DNA from: Clostridia bacterium
Lineage (GTDB): Bacteria > Bacillota > Clostridia > Christensenellales > CAG-138
DNA: 64,000 nucleotides
Assembly: GCA_017428025.1 (NCBI GenBank)
Contig: JAFRRO010000028.1
Location: 3,304-67,303 of the forward strand
Direction of reading: 5' to 3'
The position numbers and the translations under genes were made by a program. This document shows positions 27,013-37,233 of this stretch, in pieces. The notes below the pieces were generated by a model. The model saw only the letters and a program-made list of their open reading frames with translations, was not told where the DNA came from and searched no databases. Within the stretch, counting starts at the first letter, position 1. Every line of letters starts with the position of its first letter.

Positions 27013-27726
27013 TTATCTGCGCCGTGAGCCCTGCGCGATCGAGAACAGGCGCAGGACGGTGACGAACGAGCCGAGCGCGGCGAGCACATAGGTGAGCGCG
27101 GCGGCGCGCAGCATCTTCTTCGCGCCGGGCAGTTCGTCGTCGGTCAGATACCCGCCGGCGGTCAGCATGTCGAGCCCGCGGCGCGAGGCGTTGAACTCGA
27201 CCGGCAGGGTGACGAGCTGGAACAGCAGCACCGCCACGTACAGCACGACGCCGGTCATTGCGATATAGTAGCCGACGTTGCCCGCGCCCGCGGCAAAGAT
27301 CGAAAGCAGCAAGCCGCCGACCACCAGGAACGGTCCGATCCGGCTGCCGAGATTCGCCGCCGGCAGGATCACGCTTCTCAGCTTCATCGGCGCATAGCCT
27401 TCGTTGTATTGCAGAACGTGCCCGATCTCGTGTGCGGCGACGGCGTAGGCGGAGACGGAATTGGAATGATAGACCGCCTCGGACAGCCCGACGACCTGGC
27501 TTCTCGGATCGAAATGGTCGGTCAGCTCTCCGGCGACCGGCTGCACCGGAAGCGTCAGTCCGTTCTGCCGCAGCAGCTCCTGCGCAAGCTGCGCGCCGTA
27601 GATTCCGCGAAAAGCGGGCGACTGCGCGTACTTGCGGAACACCCGCTGCACGTGCGACTGCGCAACGAGCGAAAGAATCATGATCGCGATTGCGATAAAA
27701 TAATACAGATAACCTTCCATACGCAT
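27013..27726 (-). CDS. YugP-like putative neutral zinc metallopeptidase (membrane)
   Basis: It has the HEIGHVLQ zinc motif and N- and C-terminal TM segments. The start at 27726 or 27720 is uncertain. Confidence 0.8.
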   Translation of the reverse strand: MRMEGYLYYFIAIAIMILSLVAQSHVQRVFRKYAQSPAFRGIYGAQLAQELLRQNGLTLPVQPVAGELTDHFDPRSQVVGLSEAVYHSNSVSAYAVAAHEIGHVLQYNEGYAPMKLRSVILPAANLGSRIGPFLVVGGLLLSIFAAGAGNVGYYIAMTGVVLYVAVLLFQLVTLPVEFNASRRGLDMLTAGGYLTDDELPGAKKMLRAAALTYVLAALGSFVTVLRLFSIAQGSRRR

Positions 27727-27755
27727 ATTATACCGAAATCCTCTTACAAATACCA

Positions 27756-27783
27756 TTGCAAAACGTGAAAAATATGTTATAAT
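27756..27783 (+). promoter_or_regulatory. asnS promoter
   Basis: TTGCAA (27756-27761), a 16-nt spacer, then the extended -10 TGtTATAAT (27775-27783). Confidence 0.7.
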
Positions 27784-27836
27784 TCTCTGTACAAATTGCG
27801 AAAAAGAGCAGGTTAATCCCCTCAGGAGGCAGGTTT

Positions 27837-29219
27837 ATGCAATACTTGAAGCTTAAGGACATCCAGAAGGCGCCGGAATCCTACGTCGGCGCGATCACCG
27901 TCTGCGGTTGGGTACGCACCGCGCGCGAAGGCAAATCGGTCGGCTTTATCGAGCTCAACGACGGCACCTCGTTCCGCCCCGTGCAGATCGTCTATGAGAA
28001 CGACGAACGCAAGCTCGGCAAGGGCATCACGACCGGCTGCGCCATCGTCGTCGACGGCGAACTGGTGCTGACGCCGGACGCGCCGCAGCCGTTTGAGATC
28101 CACGCAAACGCGATCACGATCGAAGGCGAATGCCCCTCGGACTATCCGATGCAGAAGAAGCGCCACACGCTCGAGTATCTGCGCACGATGCAGACGCTCC
28201 GTCCGCGCACGAACACCTTCCTTGCGACGTTCCGCGTGCGCTCGGTCGTGGCGGCGGCGATCCACGAGTTCTTCCAGGACCGCGGCTTCGTCTATGTGCA
28301 CACGCCGATCCTGACGAACGCCGACTGCGAAGGCCGCGGCGAGATGTTCCAGGTCACGACGCTCGATCTCGAAAACCTGCCGCGCACCGAGGACGGCAAG
28401 GTGGACTATTCGCAGGACTTCTTCAAAAAGCCGGTGCATCTTTCCGGTTCCGGTCAGCTGTACGGCGAAGCGTTTGCGCTGGCGTTCCGCGACATCTACA
28501 CCTTCGGTCCGACGTTCCGCGCCGAGTATTCCTTCACCGCGCGCCACGCGAGCGAGTTCTGGATGATTGAGCCGGAGATGGCGTTCTGCGATCTCGAGGG
28601 CGATATGGACGTTGCCGAAGCGATGGTCAAATACATCATCCAGACGGTGCTCGACCGCTGCCCCGCCGAGATGGAATTCTTCAACAAGTTCGTCGACAAG
28701 GGACTCTTTGACCGGCTGCACAACGTGCTGCACAACGAATTCCGCCGCCTGACCTACACCGAGGCGATCGAGATCCTCAAGAATTCCGGCGAGCCGTTCG
28801 AATATCCGGTCGAATGGGGCGTCGATCTGCAGAGCGAGCACGAACGCTATCTGACCGAAAAGGTCTTCGGCAAGCCCGTGTTCCTCACCGACTATCCGAA
28901 GGACATCAAATCGTTCTACATGCGCCAGAACGACGACGGCAAGACCGTCGCGGCGGCGGACCTGCTGGTGCCGGGCGTCGGCGAGATCGTCGGCGGCAGC
29001 CAGCGCGAGGAGCGCTACGACGTGCTCGACGCGCGCTGCAAGGAGCTCGGCATGGACATGCGCGAGTACCAGTGGTTCCTCGACCTCAGAAAGTACGGCG
29101 GCGTCAAGCACGCGGGCTTCGGCCTCGGCTTCGAGCGCATGGTGATGTACCTCACCGGCATGCAGAACATCCGCGACGTCCTGCCCTTCCCTCGCACCGC
29201 CGCAAACCTCGAAATGTAA
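27837..29219 (+). CDS. asnS: Asparagine--tRNA ligase
   Basis: 460 aa. It has an N-terminal OB fold ([23 protein letters not shown]) and the class II motifs FRAE and GFGLGFERM. Confidence 0.93.
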   Translation: MQYLKLKDIQKAPESYVGAITVCGWVRTAREGKSVGFIELNDGTSFRPVQIVYENDERKLGKGITTGCAIVVDGELVLTPDAPQPFEIHANAITIEGECPSDYPMQKKRHTLEYLRTMQTLRPRTNTFLATFRVRSVVAAAIHEFFQDRGFVYVHTPILTNADCEGRGEMFQVTTLDLENLPRTEDGKVDYSQDFFKKPVHLSGSGQLYGEAFALAFRDIYTFGPTFRAEYSFTARHASEFWMIEPEMAFCDLEGDMDVAEAMVKYIIQTVLDRCPAEMEFFNKFVDKGLFDRLHNVLHNEFRRLTYTEAIEILKNSGEPFEYPVEWGVDLQSEHERYLTEKVFGKPVFLTDYPKDIKSFYMRQNDDGKTVAAADLLVPGVGEIVGGSQREERYDVLDARCKELGMDMREYQWFLDLRKYGGVKHAGFGLGFERMVMYLTGMQNIRDVLPFPRTAANLEM

Positions 29220-29233
29220 ACAACAACGCAAAA

Positions 29234-29265
29234 GCCGCCCGCAGGGGCGGCTTTTCTCGTTTTTT
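29234..29265 (+). terminator. asnS intrinsic terminator
   Basis: GCCGCCC-gcag-GGGCGGC is followed by TTTTCTCGTTTTT. The T-tract overlaps the stop codon (29264-29266) of the last phage-module gene on the opposite strand. Confidence 0.85.
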
Positions 29266-30091
29266 AGGCGGCGGGAAACTGCGCCATCAGCTGCTCGAAC
29301 GCGGCGCGTCCGAGGCTGCTGCGGATCTGCGCATACGACTGCGCGTAGGCGCCTTCGCCGGCATAGAACTGTCTGCGCTGTTCGGGCGAAAGTCGGGACA
29401 GCAGGTTCGCAGCCGTGCGGTAGTCGACGTCCGTACTTTCGGCGGGCTGCGCGCCGGACATCATCGCGTCGATCAGCGGATACCTTCCGTCCTGCGCTTC
29501 ACTCTGCGCGCCTGCACGGCCGCCGCCGGAGCGGTGATACGCGCTGTACAGCGCCTGTGCCGCCGCTGCCGCCTTTTCGCGGGCACGGTTGATCTGCTCC
29601 GCGTTGAATTTGTCGACGTCGATCTTCTGTTCCTGCTGCGCGCGCATCGCGTCATACAGCTGTCCGGCGAGCGTCGATGCGTAATCGCTTTCGAGATCGT
29701 CGACGTCCTGCGCTTCGCTGCGGAACGCGCGGTCCTTGACGTCGGTCACATAGGTGCTCGTGCCCATGCCGCGCGCCAGCGCGTCGGCGTCGAGCTCCGC
29801 GTTCTGCCGCTCGGTCCGCTCTTGCCGCGAGCGGATCGCCTGTTCGTACGCCGGACGCAGCCAGTTCGAGATCGTGTCGCGCAGCACGTCCTCGTCGAGC
29901 GGCGTGAACGACACGGTTTCCGGCAGATACGTCTTGAGCATCTCCGAAAAGATCGATTCGAACGACGGCGCGTCGCTGCCGCTGCCGCCGCCCGATCCGC
30001 CCGTCTGTGTCCGCCCGCTCTGCCTGCGCGTCAGCGGATCCTTGATCGGCGGTGTCAAAAGTCTGATGGGTGGGATTCGTACCATTCTCAT
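29264..30091 (-). CDS. Phage-module hypothetical protein (275 aa; Gly-rich N-terminus, Ala/Gln-rich helical body)
   Basis: Its ATG overlaps the upstream stop (ATGA). No recognisable motif was found. Confidence 0.6.
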   Translation of the reverse strand: MRMVRIPPIRLLTPPIKDPLTRRQSGRTQTGGSGGGSGSDAPSFESIFSEMLKTYLPETVSFTPLDEDVLRDTISNWLRPAYEQAIRSRQERTERQNAELDADALARGMGTSTYVTDVKDRAFRSEAQDVDDLESDYASTLAGQLYDAMRAQQEQKIDVDKFNAEQINRAREKAAAAAQALYSAYHRSGGGRAGAQSEAQDGRYPLIDAMMSGAQPAESTDVDYRTAANLLSRLSPEQRRQFYAGEGAYAQSYAQIRSSLGRAAFEQLMAQFPAA

Positions 30092-30285
30092 TCTCCTTCC
30101 GTAAGTTCGGCAAGTGCCGATTCGAGTTCCGAGAGCTTGCTGTACAGAAGCTCCAGGTTCTGGTTCAGATTGTTTTCGTTCTGAGCGACGCTGCTGTCGT
30201 ATGCGTCCCGATCCTCGTCTTTTTGGGGCATTCTACCGAGATAGATCGGAAACAGCGCCTGCATGCCGGTCGGGATGTATGCCAT
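30088..30285 (-). CDS. Phage-module small protein (65 aa, C-terminal coiled-coil)
   Basis: AAAGGAGG precedes the ATG at 30285. It is coupled to the downstream gene. Confidence 0.55.
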   Translation of the reverse strand: MAYIPTGMQALFPIYLGRMPQKDEDRDAYDSSVAQNENNLNQNLELLYSKLSELESALAELTEGE

Positions 30286-30296
30286 ACGCGCCTCCT

Positions 30297-31727
30297 TTAC
30301 ACCGGACGGCGCTGCACGTCAAAGAGCAGCGACGCCTTCGCGTCCAGACGCATCGGCTGTCCGTTCACGTTCGAGAACGACAGGCGGAACACGCGCCCGA
30401 CGCCGCGCAGCGGGATCTCCGTCACCGAATGCGGCGTATCGGAGAAATGCGCCTGCGTCTGATATGCGCCGCCGTTTGTCAGCACGCGCACCAGCACGTC
30501 CCCCTCGCCGCTTGCGGTCAGCATCAGCAGCGTCTTGTTCGCTTCCTTGTGCCCGAAATCCTGCACCGGCATGTCCCACCACGCCTCGATCCGGTCGCCG
30601 TCGTAGTCGGGACTGTCGTCGAACCGCACCAGCTTGCCCGTCGACGTCAGCGCATACAGCTCGCCGGACAGCGACTGGATATCCGCAAGCAGGAATCCGG
30701 TGCGGAGCATATAGGTCCCGCGCAGAAGGTCGTATTCGATCATCGTGTCCGCGTACGAAACGACGTCGCAGGAGCGAAACGCGAAGTACAGCCGGTCGCC
30801 GCACGCCGCGGATACCGTCCCGTCGAGCTTCGCTTCCTTCAGAAGCGGCAGCAGCGCAGCGGCATTCGCCGGACGGCGCACCGTTTGCCCGTCGTAGCAG
30901 CAAAGCCCGCCGTCGGACAGAAAATACAGCCGGTCCGTGTATCGCACGATCGCCGTATGCACCGGCATCTCGTACGCCGCGTCGATCGCGGTGATGCGGA
31001 AATTCGACGGACGGTCGCCGAGCAGGCGGAACACGTTGTTTCTCGTGAAGATCAGCAGCTGATTCGACAGCGCCGCCAGTCCGGTGATCGGATCGTCGCT
31101 GACGCCGATATCCACAAACCCGCCGGAGACGTTCTCGCTCGCGGGATCCTGCCGCCAGTCGTCGATGCCGCGGTCCGCGCCGGGCGCTTTGCTCCAGTAG
31201 AGGCGGCTCGGCGCAAGCATGTTGCCCGCCGCAAACAGCCGTCCGAAGTACAGTTCCGCGCAGCTGACCGGCACATCGCTGAGCTTTTCCGCCGAGCCGA
31301 ACGGCGTGATTTCGTGCGTCAGCGGGTTGTAGAGGATCGGCTGCCCGTTGCCGTACACGATCAGCAGGCGGTCCCGGCTCTCGATGCGGACCGGCAGAAA
31401 ATCGATCCGATCCGCCGAAAGCTCGTTCGCAAACGTGTGGATCTGCCGCCATTCACGCTGCGCCGAGCGGTAGTAGTACAGCGCATCCCGCGACACGGCG
31501 AGATACCGCACGCCCTGCTCGGTCGGATACAGAAACATGCGCAGCAGCGGCGTCTGTGCGGAAAGGATGCCCGAAGCCGCGCGGGAAAACCCGCCCGCCG
31601 TGCGAAGATCGCCGGAACGCGTGTCCATGTTGCACGCGTCGGGGCTCTGATCCGCGCTCATCAGCGCTTCCGAAAGGTCCATGCGCACGCCGGAGAACGC
31701 GGGCAGCATGCCGTAGGTATATGCCAT
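30297..31727 (-). CDS. Phage-module structural protein of unknown role (476 aa, repetitive beta-rich pattern)
   Basis: GGAGGG precedes the ATG. Its size and position after the connector-like gene suggest a neck or tail-hub component, but this is an inference only. Confidence 0.6.
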   Translation of the reverse strand: MAYTYGMLPAFSGVRMDLSEALMSADQSPDACNMDTRSGDLRTAGGFSRAASGILSAQTPLLRMFLYPTEQGVRYLAVSRDALYYYRSAQREWRQIHTFANELSADRIDFLPVRIESRDRLLIVYGNGQPILYNPLTHEITPFGSAEKLSDVPVSCAELYFGRLFAAGNMLAPSRLYWSKAPGADRGIDDWRQDPASENVSGGFVDIGVSDDPITGLAALSNQLLIFTRNNVFRLLGDRPSNFRITAIDAAYEMPVHTAIVRYTDRLYFLSDGGLCCYDGQTVRRPANAAALLPLLKEAKLDGTVSAACGDRLYFAFRSCDVVSYADTMIEYDLLRGTYMLRTGFLLADIQSLSGELYALTSTGKLVRFDDSPDYDGDRIEAWWDMPVQDFGHKEANKTLLMLTASGEGDVLVRVLTNGGAYQTQAHFSDTPHSVTEIPLRGVGRVFRLSFSNVNGQPMRLDAKASLLFDVQRRPV

Positions 31728-31739
31728 ACGCGTCCCTCC

Positions 31740-32294
31740 TCAATACCGGTTCAGGATCGCATAGCCCGCGGGCTCGTCCATGTCCATCCGGAGTCTGCGC
31801 TTGCGCCGTTCGTACAGCGCCATGACCGTGTTCGCGTGGTTCAGTCCCTGCGCGTCGTTGTGCATCTCGAACCGCGCCACCATGTACAGCACGATCAGCG
31901 GATGGCAGGCGGACGGCAGCTCCGGCACGTCGGTCGGCTGCGACAGCGCGTTCGGCAGATACCGGTAGACCACGTGGACCGGACCGTCCTGTACGCCCTT
32001 CAGATGCAGCATCATAGTATTCGGTCCGTAATAGAACGGCATGCGCAGTCCGCCGCGCTCCACGCCGAGCACCTTGGAAACGGTGCGCGGCAGCGTCGCA
32101 AGATCGATCGTCCCGTTTGCGATCGCCGCCGGATCGCGCCGCCACGGGCGCAGGGATCTCGTGAGATCGTCGATCGCGTCGTTCGCAAAGCCGGTCAGCT
32201 TCTCCCGCCACAGCGGCAGCGCCGCCGTGTCCGACGGATGCTCGAGCTCGGCAAGCGCCAGATTGATCAGTTCCGTGAGCGTCATGCCGATCAC
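31740..32294 (-). CDS. Putative head-tail connector/adaptor protein (184 aa)
   Basis: It sits after the capsid gene. The N-terminal helix (LTELINLALAELEH) resembles gp6-type connectors. The start is GTG at 32294 or ATG at 32285. Confidence 0.5.
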   Translation of the reverse strand: MIGMTLTELINLALAELEHPSDTAALPLWREKLTGFANDAIDDLTRSLRPWRRDPAAIANGTIDLATLPRTVSKVLGVERGGLRMPFYYGPNTMMLHLKGVQDGPVHVVYRYLPNALSQPTDVPELPSACHPLIVLYMVARFEMHNDAQGLNHANTVMALYERRKRRLRMDMDEPAGYAILNRY

Positions 32295-32545
32295 CCGATC
32301 TTTCTGCCGCCGACGTCCCTGTACGCCGAGACCATGCGCGCGCCTTCCTGCAGCGCGGCGCGGCTTTCGCGGATCACCGCCGCGATCCTTTTGGGCACCT
32401 CCACGACCTTATCCGTCGGAATCCGGAAGGCGACGCCGTTGACCGCCCCTTCCAGGAACGGACCGACGGACTCGCTCGGCAGGTAGATCGAAACGGTCGG
32501 TTCCTTCTGTTCGTTTACATTCGTTTTCTTGCTTTCTTCCTTCAT
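32291..32545 (-). CDS. Phage-module small protein (84 aa)
   Basis: It has a good SD (GGAGAAAGGAGAA) and lies directly downstream of the capsid gene. Confidence 0.55.
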   Translation of the reverse strand: MKEESKKTNVNEQKEPTVSIYLPSESVGPFLEGAVNGVAFRIPTDKVVEVPKRIAAVIRESRAALQEGARMVSAYRDVGGRKIG

Positions 32546-32626
32546 GCGGTTTCTCCTTTCTCCTTGCGTCGTCGGCGCAACCCGTCGGGCCGCCCGTACC
32601 GGCGGCCCGTATCGTCCTTTCGGCCC

Positions 32627-33823
32627 TTACTCGCTGACGCCGTGCTCGATGCGCACGATCCAGAGCGGGTTCAGAACCTTTGCCGCGTATGCCGCGACCT
32701 TCGCGCCGACCGTCGAACGCTGGTTGAGCGGATCTGCGCTGCCTTCGGAGCCGCAGGGCTTGATGATCGTCTCGATCGTGCCGGAGCCGTCGATGTCGAT
32801 GACGCCGTACGCGTCCGCGCCGAACACCAGCGTTGCGTGGACGTCCGCCTGCTTGTGCGTGCCGGATTCCTCGCCTGCGTCGGTCGTGTAGACCGGATCG
32901 TTGATGCGATACGTGATCGCCGTGTCGATCGTGAGGACGTTGGTCTCCGCGTTGTACGCCGTGATCTCGTATTCGGAACCGTTGATCGTGATGACGTTGC
33001 CCGCAACCAGATACGCCTTTTCACGGTCGCTCGGGACGGTCTTGAGCTCGATGCTGTTCGTATTCGTGCCCGCCGTCTTGGCGCGGTTGTAGAAGGACTG
33101 GCGATAGACCTTCGCCTCGGTCGCTTCGACGAATACGACGCCGAACAGACGCCCGATCTCGCCGGAATAGATCTGCTCCGCATTGCTGTACTTGGAAACA
33201 TCCTGCCAGAGCGGATCGTTCTGCAGATCGTAGGTCGCGTCGGGCGAGCAGATGCAGACGAAGTGCGGACGGCGCACGCTGCCGTCTGACGCGGTGTTGA
33301 ACATGCGCGCCTTGTTCTTCTTGAGCGTGCGGACCGCCTTGCGGATCTCGGTCACGGTCAGAACGTCTTCGGAGCCGATTTCGCTGCGGTCCTCCTTGCC
33401 GTTCGCGTACTGCACGTTGGTCGTCGCGCACATCGCGTCGCGCGTTACCCACTCGATGACGGTGCCGAGCTGTTCGCCCAGAAGCTCCGCGGAGTCGGCG
33501 ATCACCTCGTCGTATGCGGTCATGTCGAGCAGATCGGAGATCTCGACGTACGCGCCGTACTGCGCGACCTCGGCTTCGACCTTGGACTGCGAAAGCACCT
33601 GTCCCGCGGGCGTGATGCCCTCCTCGAGCGTCAGGCTCGCGACGTCGGGCGTGAACAGATCGTACTTGCGGAACTCCACGCGCTTGCCGCCGTGACGCGG
33701 AATGCTGCGTTTCTGTCCGAACTCTGCGTGCACGAGCCGCGTCTTGGCGGTTTCGAGCAGCTTCTTGTCATAGAATTGCTTATTGAAATAAGCGGTGTTG
33801 GCTGTGTTGATCGTCGTGTTCAT
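32627..33823 (-). CDS. Major capsid protein, N4-gp56 family
   Basis: YFNKQFYDKKLLETAKTRLVHAEFGQKRSIPRHGGKRVEFRKY...LEEGITPAG...QYGAYVEISD matches the N-terminal signature of this family as I recall it. The SD is AAAGGAGA. Confidence 0.8.
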   Translation of the reverse strand: MNTTINTANTAYFNKQFYDKKLLETAKTRLVHAEFGQKRSIPRHGGKRVEFRKYDLFTPDVASLTLEEGITPAGQVLSQSKVEAEVAQYGAYVEISDLLDMTAYDEVIADSAELLGEQLGTVIEWVTRDAMCATTNVQYANGKEDRSEIGSEDVLTVTEIRKAVRTLKKNKARMFNTASDGSVRRPHFVCICSPDATYDLQNDPLWQDVSKYSNAEQIYSGEIGRLFGVVFVEATEAKVYRQSFYNRAKTAGTNTNSIELKTVPSDREKAYLVAGNVITINGSEYEITAYNAETNVLTIDTAITYRINDPVYTTDAGEESGTHKQADVHATLVFGADAYGVIDIDGSGTIETIIKPCGSEGSADPLNQRSTVGAKVAAYAAKVLNPLWIVRIEHGVSE

Positions 33824-33841
33824 GAATTCGATTCTCCTTTC

Positions 33842-34261
33842 TCAGATGTGGACGCGTCTGCCGTTTCTTGCGGCGTTGCGGTACTGCTGTTCGAGCGCGC
33901 GGAACGATTCGCCGGACATCGCCATGTAGTTCGGCGTCGCCGAGACGGCGCGGTCGGTGCGCTGGCTTTTCGGCAGGGCCCTCTGCGCCTGCATCTTTTC
34001 GCCGAGATGCGCCTTTGCGTTCTGTTCGGCTTCCTCCGCACGGCGCTCCGCCGCATAGATGCGGACGGCCGCCTTCGGTTCGAACTCCCTGAGAAGCTCC
34101 GCAAACGCGCGGTCCTTCACGGCTGCCGCGAGATCAAAGCCCCCCGGCAGCGCGCCTTCGCGCTCCATTTCGACCAGTGCGTTCGCCGCTTCGACAAAGG
34201 GATTTTCCTCCCGTTCGACCGGTTCCGGCGCGGTCTCTGCCTGTTGTTTTCTGAAGATCAT
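33842..34261 (-). CDS. Putative scaffolding protein (139 aa, acidic/helical)
   Basis: It lies between the portal and capsid genes. Its ATG at 34261 overlaps the portal stop (ATGA), and the sequence is Ala/Glu-rich. Confidence 0.5.
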   Translation of the reverse strand: MIFRKQQAETAPEPVEREENPFVEAANALVEMEREGALPGGFDLAAAVKDRAFAELLREFEPKAAVRIYAAERRAEEAEQNAKAHLGEKMQAQRALPKSQRTDRAVSATPNYMAMSGESFRALEQQYRNAARNGRRVHI

Positions 34262-35877
34262 GTGTTGCCTCCAAACCATTTGTTTTTCTTTTTCTGCTGC
34301 GGGAACAGCGGTTCCGCCGCCGCTTCCGCTTCCCGGATGTGCTTCAGCACCTGCTCCTTGCCCTCAAAGACCATCAGCTCGATCGCCTGTTCGCGGTCGA
34401 CCGCGCCCATGGAAAGCAGCTTGAGCATCAGCTCGTTCTGTGCGTCCGAGGCGAAACGGCTGCGCTTGACCGCCTTGATCGAGATCGCAAACTCGATCGG
34501 CAGCTCCACGCCGCCCGGCGCGGTCCGGTTCATCAGCTCGCTGTCGAAGAGTACCTCCTTCGGCTGCCCGTCGACGGTGATCGTGACCGGACGGAGGAAG
34601 CAGTTGAACTCGCGCTCGGTCTCGATCTCCATGCGCACCGCCTGACGGAACGCCTCGTGCATCTGCTCGGTCGCCATGCGGGCGCGCTTGGTGCTCATCT
34701 CCTGCAGCGCTTCGATCGCGCGCGCCGCGGTCACGCCGCTTGTGACGTTTCCGCGCGAGCTTTCGTTGGCGCCGCTCTCCTCTTTGATGTCCTCGCGGAT
34801 CGCGCGGATATAGGAGAGCAGATAGTTCGGCAGCGGCGGCGTGGAAAACCACGTCACGCCGTTGAGGCTCTCGCCGGTGTGCACGTCCTTGGACCAGTCG
34901 CGAAGATCGTCCGGATCGAAGCCGGACGCGTCGGTAACCAGCAGCTTGTTGCGCGAGGCGAGCAGAGCGTTTTTCAGCACGAGTTGATCGAGCTTGTCCG
35001 CGTAGCGCTGCTGCGTGCCGAACAGATCGATGATCCCGAAGCCGAGGGCGCTTCCCTTACGCGGGTAGAGCGTCGTCAGTACGAACGGGTACTGACCGTG
35101 TGCAAAATAGCCCTCCGGCTTCACGTCGCGGCTGTCCTCGAGCACCGTCCCGCCCGAGAGGATCGCCATGTGTACGCGATACGTCTCGGTCTTCGCGTCG
35201 AACTCGCGCCACCAGTATTCGAGCAGCAGGCGCGCTTCCTTCGGATCGGGCGAGAGGATCTCGTCGGTCATCAGCTCCGCCGCGTCAACGGGTTGTTCGT
35301 CGATCCGCGCGGCAGTGTCGGGATAGTGCGCTTCGATCCACTCCTTCGAGCGCAGCGCCAGCTTAAAGACCGCACGCCCGTCCTGCAGGTCGGTCACCAT
35401 CGGATCGAACAGGATGTTGCGGATGTCGACGCGCCTCAGGTATGCGCCGCCGAGCCCGCCGTTCTGCGCGCCGTCGTAGCCGACCTCCTGCACGCAGTAG
35501 CCGCCGACCAGCAGATCGTGGATCAGCATGCGGTACTCCACGGGATAGGACGCCGCATCGTGGTTGCGCCGCACGACCGCCTCCACCACGCGGGCGATGA
35601 AGACGTCGGACGCGTTTTCGGGCGTGATGACCGCTTCCGGCACCTGGTCCATCAGATCCGCGGTGATGTTCTCGATCGTCGACTGCAGGATCGGCGTCAC
35701 GGGACGCGGCTCGTTCGGATCGGTCACCGGCACGTCGTACCAGTGCTCGCCGCGATACATGCGCTCGTTGTGCTCCTGCCGCCGCCATTCTCCGGCATAG
35801 GCGTTGCGGAACTCGTTGAACAGCGTCATCGCCCGCTCCGCCAGCTGCCGCTTCGTATCGGATTTTCTGTAATTCAT
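34258..35877 (-). CDS. Phage portal protein
   Basis: 539 aa, immediately downstream of TerL. The N-terminal pattern (ERMYRGEHW...TPILQSTIENITADL) is typical of portal proteins. Confidence 0.75.
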   Translation of the reverse strand: MNYRKSDTKRQLAERAMTLFNEFRNAYAGEWRRQEHNERMYRGEHWYDVPVTDPNEPRPVTPILQSTIENITADLMDQVPEAVITPENASDVFIARVVEAVVRRNHDAASYPVEYRMLIHDLLVGGYCVQEVGYDGAQNGGLGGAYLRRVDIRNILFDPMVTDLQDGRAVFKLALRSKEWIEAHYPDTAARIDEQPVDAAELMTDEILSPDPKEARLLLEYWWREFDAKTETYRVHMAILSGGTVLEDSRDVKPEGYFAHGQYPFVLTTLYPRKGSALGFGIIDLFGTQQRYADKLDQLVLKNALLASRNKLLVTDASGFDPDDLRDWSKDVHTGESLNGVTWFSTPPLPNYLLSYIRAIREDIKEESGANESSRGNVTSGVTAARAIEALQEMSTKRARMATEQMHEAFRQAVRMEIETEREFNCFLRPVTITVDGQPKEVLFDSELMNRTAPGGVELPIEFAISIKAVKRSRFASDAQNELMLKLLSMGAVDREQAIELMVFEGKEQVLKHIREAEAAAEPLFPQQKKKNKWFGGNT

Positions 35878-35901
35878 ATCGTTTTCCTTTCCTTTTTCGT
35901 G

Positions 35902-37233
35902 CTATATCCCGCAGAATCCCGTCAAAGCCGGCTTCGCGGTCGAAAGCGGGTCATAGCGTCTTGCCGGGGTTTGCGGCTTCGGTTCGTTCGCCCGCGGGCG
36001 GGACATCAGCCCGTATCGCAGCGCTTCCGGCGCGTGGTCCTCGCAGGCGTCGGAGACGTCCTCCGGAACGTGCGCGTCGTAGGTCAGCGCGGGCAGGGTG
36101 CGGATGAGATTGCCGCAGTTCTCGAAGATCAGCAGATTCGGCGCGCCGTCCTCCCGGACCGCGAGATTTTCGCGCACGCGCTGCCAGCCCGGGATGCGCG
36201 CATGGTCCGCCGGAATCAGCGGCACGCCGTTTTTCGCGAACACCTCCGCGATGCAGGTCCCCTCCGCGCCCTTCAGCCCGCGCTGCTGCCACGCGTCCGG
36301 CGAAGCGACGGTGTAGGCGATGCGCTCGCCCGCCGAAAGCGTGCGCACCCGCTTTGCGATCTCGCTCGACAGCGTCTTACGAAGATACAGTTCCCGGTAC
36401 ACATACAGCCTGCCTTCCGGCGCCACCGCGAACCAGAGCACGCAGCACGGATCGTTGTAGCCCCAATCCATTGCGCGAAAGCGCTTCCACTCCTTCGGGA
36501 GTTCCGTTGGCTTCACGACGTGTATGCTGCGGTCGAATTCCTGAAAATACTGTCCCTCGAGCACATCCCAGTTGCCGTCGAGATATGCCTTGCGCAGATG
36601 TTCGGGAAGGTTTCGGAGCGTTTCGAGGTACTGCGGGTTCCGGGCGAGCAGAACCGGATTGTCCGTCACCCTCGCCGGAATGAACACATAGTCCTCCGCG
36701 CGCTCGCTGTTGCGGTAGTTCCGGTCGATGAACAGGCGCTTCACCCACGCGTGTCCCACCCCGCCGGGGTTGCAGGTGTAGTACATCCGCGGAGAGAAAT
36801 CGCTGCGCACCGAGCGGTTGCAGGTCGTCAGAAACTGCATCTGCGATTCGGTGAAATGCGTCGCCTCCTCGAGTCCGACGACGTCGTATTCCTGTCCCTG
36901 ATACTGGAACACATCGGCTTCGCGGTCGCAGTAACCGAGCTTGATGCGGCTGCCGTTCGGAAAGAGGAAGGCGCGCTGCGTGCTTTGGTAGTCGACCGCG
37001 CCGTACAGTTCCTTCTGCAGCGGCAGAACGTGGTTCTCATAGAGCTCCGGCAGCGTGCGGCGCAGAAGCAGCAGCCGAAGTCCCGGATAGCGAAAGGCAA
37101 GGAGCACGAACTTTCTGCGCATCGCCCACGACTTGCCGCCGCCGCGCGCGCCGCCGTAGGCAATGTGCCGTGCTTCGGCAAGGAAGAACGCCTCCTGTTT
37201 CGGGTTCGGCGTGCCCGAAAGCGTCAGGATCAT
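35902..37233 (-). CDS. Phage terminase large subunit
   Basis: It has the Walker A motif YGGARGGGKSW near the N-terminus and a C-terminal nuclease-like half. Its ATG overlaps the TerS-like stop. Confidence 0.88.
   Translation of the reverse strand: MILTLSGTPNPKQEAFFLAEARHIAYGGARGGGKSWAMRRKFVLLAFRYPGLRLLLLRRTLPELYENHVLPLQKELYGAVDYQSTQRAFLFPNGSRIKLGYCDREADVFQYQGQEYDVVGLEEATHFTESQMQFLTTCNRSVRSDFSPRMYYTCNPGGVGHAWVKRLFIDRNYRNSERAEDYVFIPARVTDNPVLLARNPQYLETLRNLPEHLRKAYLDGNWDVLEGQYFQEFDRSIHVVKPTELPKEWKRFRAMDWGYNDPCCVLWFAVAPEGRLYVYRELYLRKTLSSEIAKRVRTLSAGERIAYTVASPDAWQQRGLKGAEGTCIAEVFAKNGVPLIPADHARIPGWQRVRENLAVREDGAPNLLIFENCGNLIRTLPALTYDAHVPEDVSDACEDHAPEALRYGLMSRPRANEPKPQTPARRYDPLSTAKPALTGFCGI

Noticed and set aside
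27757-27836. A possible T-box leader upstream of asnS.
   Set aside because: The leader between the -10 and the ATG is only about 50 nt. It has no specifier or T-box sequence and no terminator/antiterminator pair.
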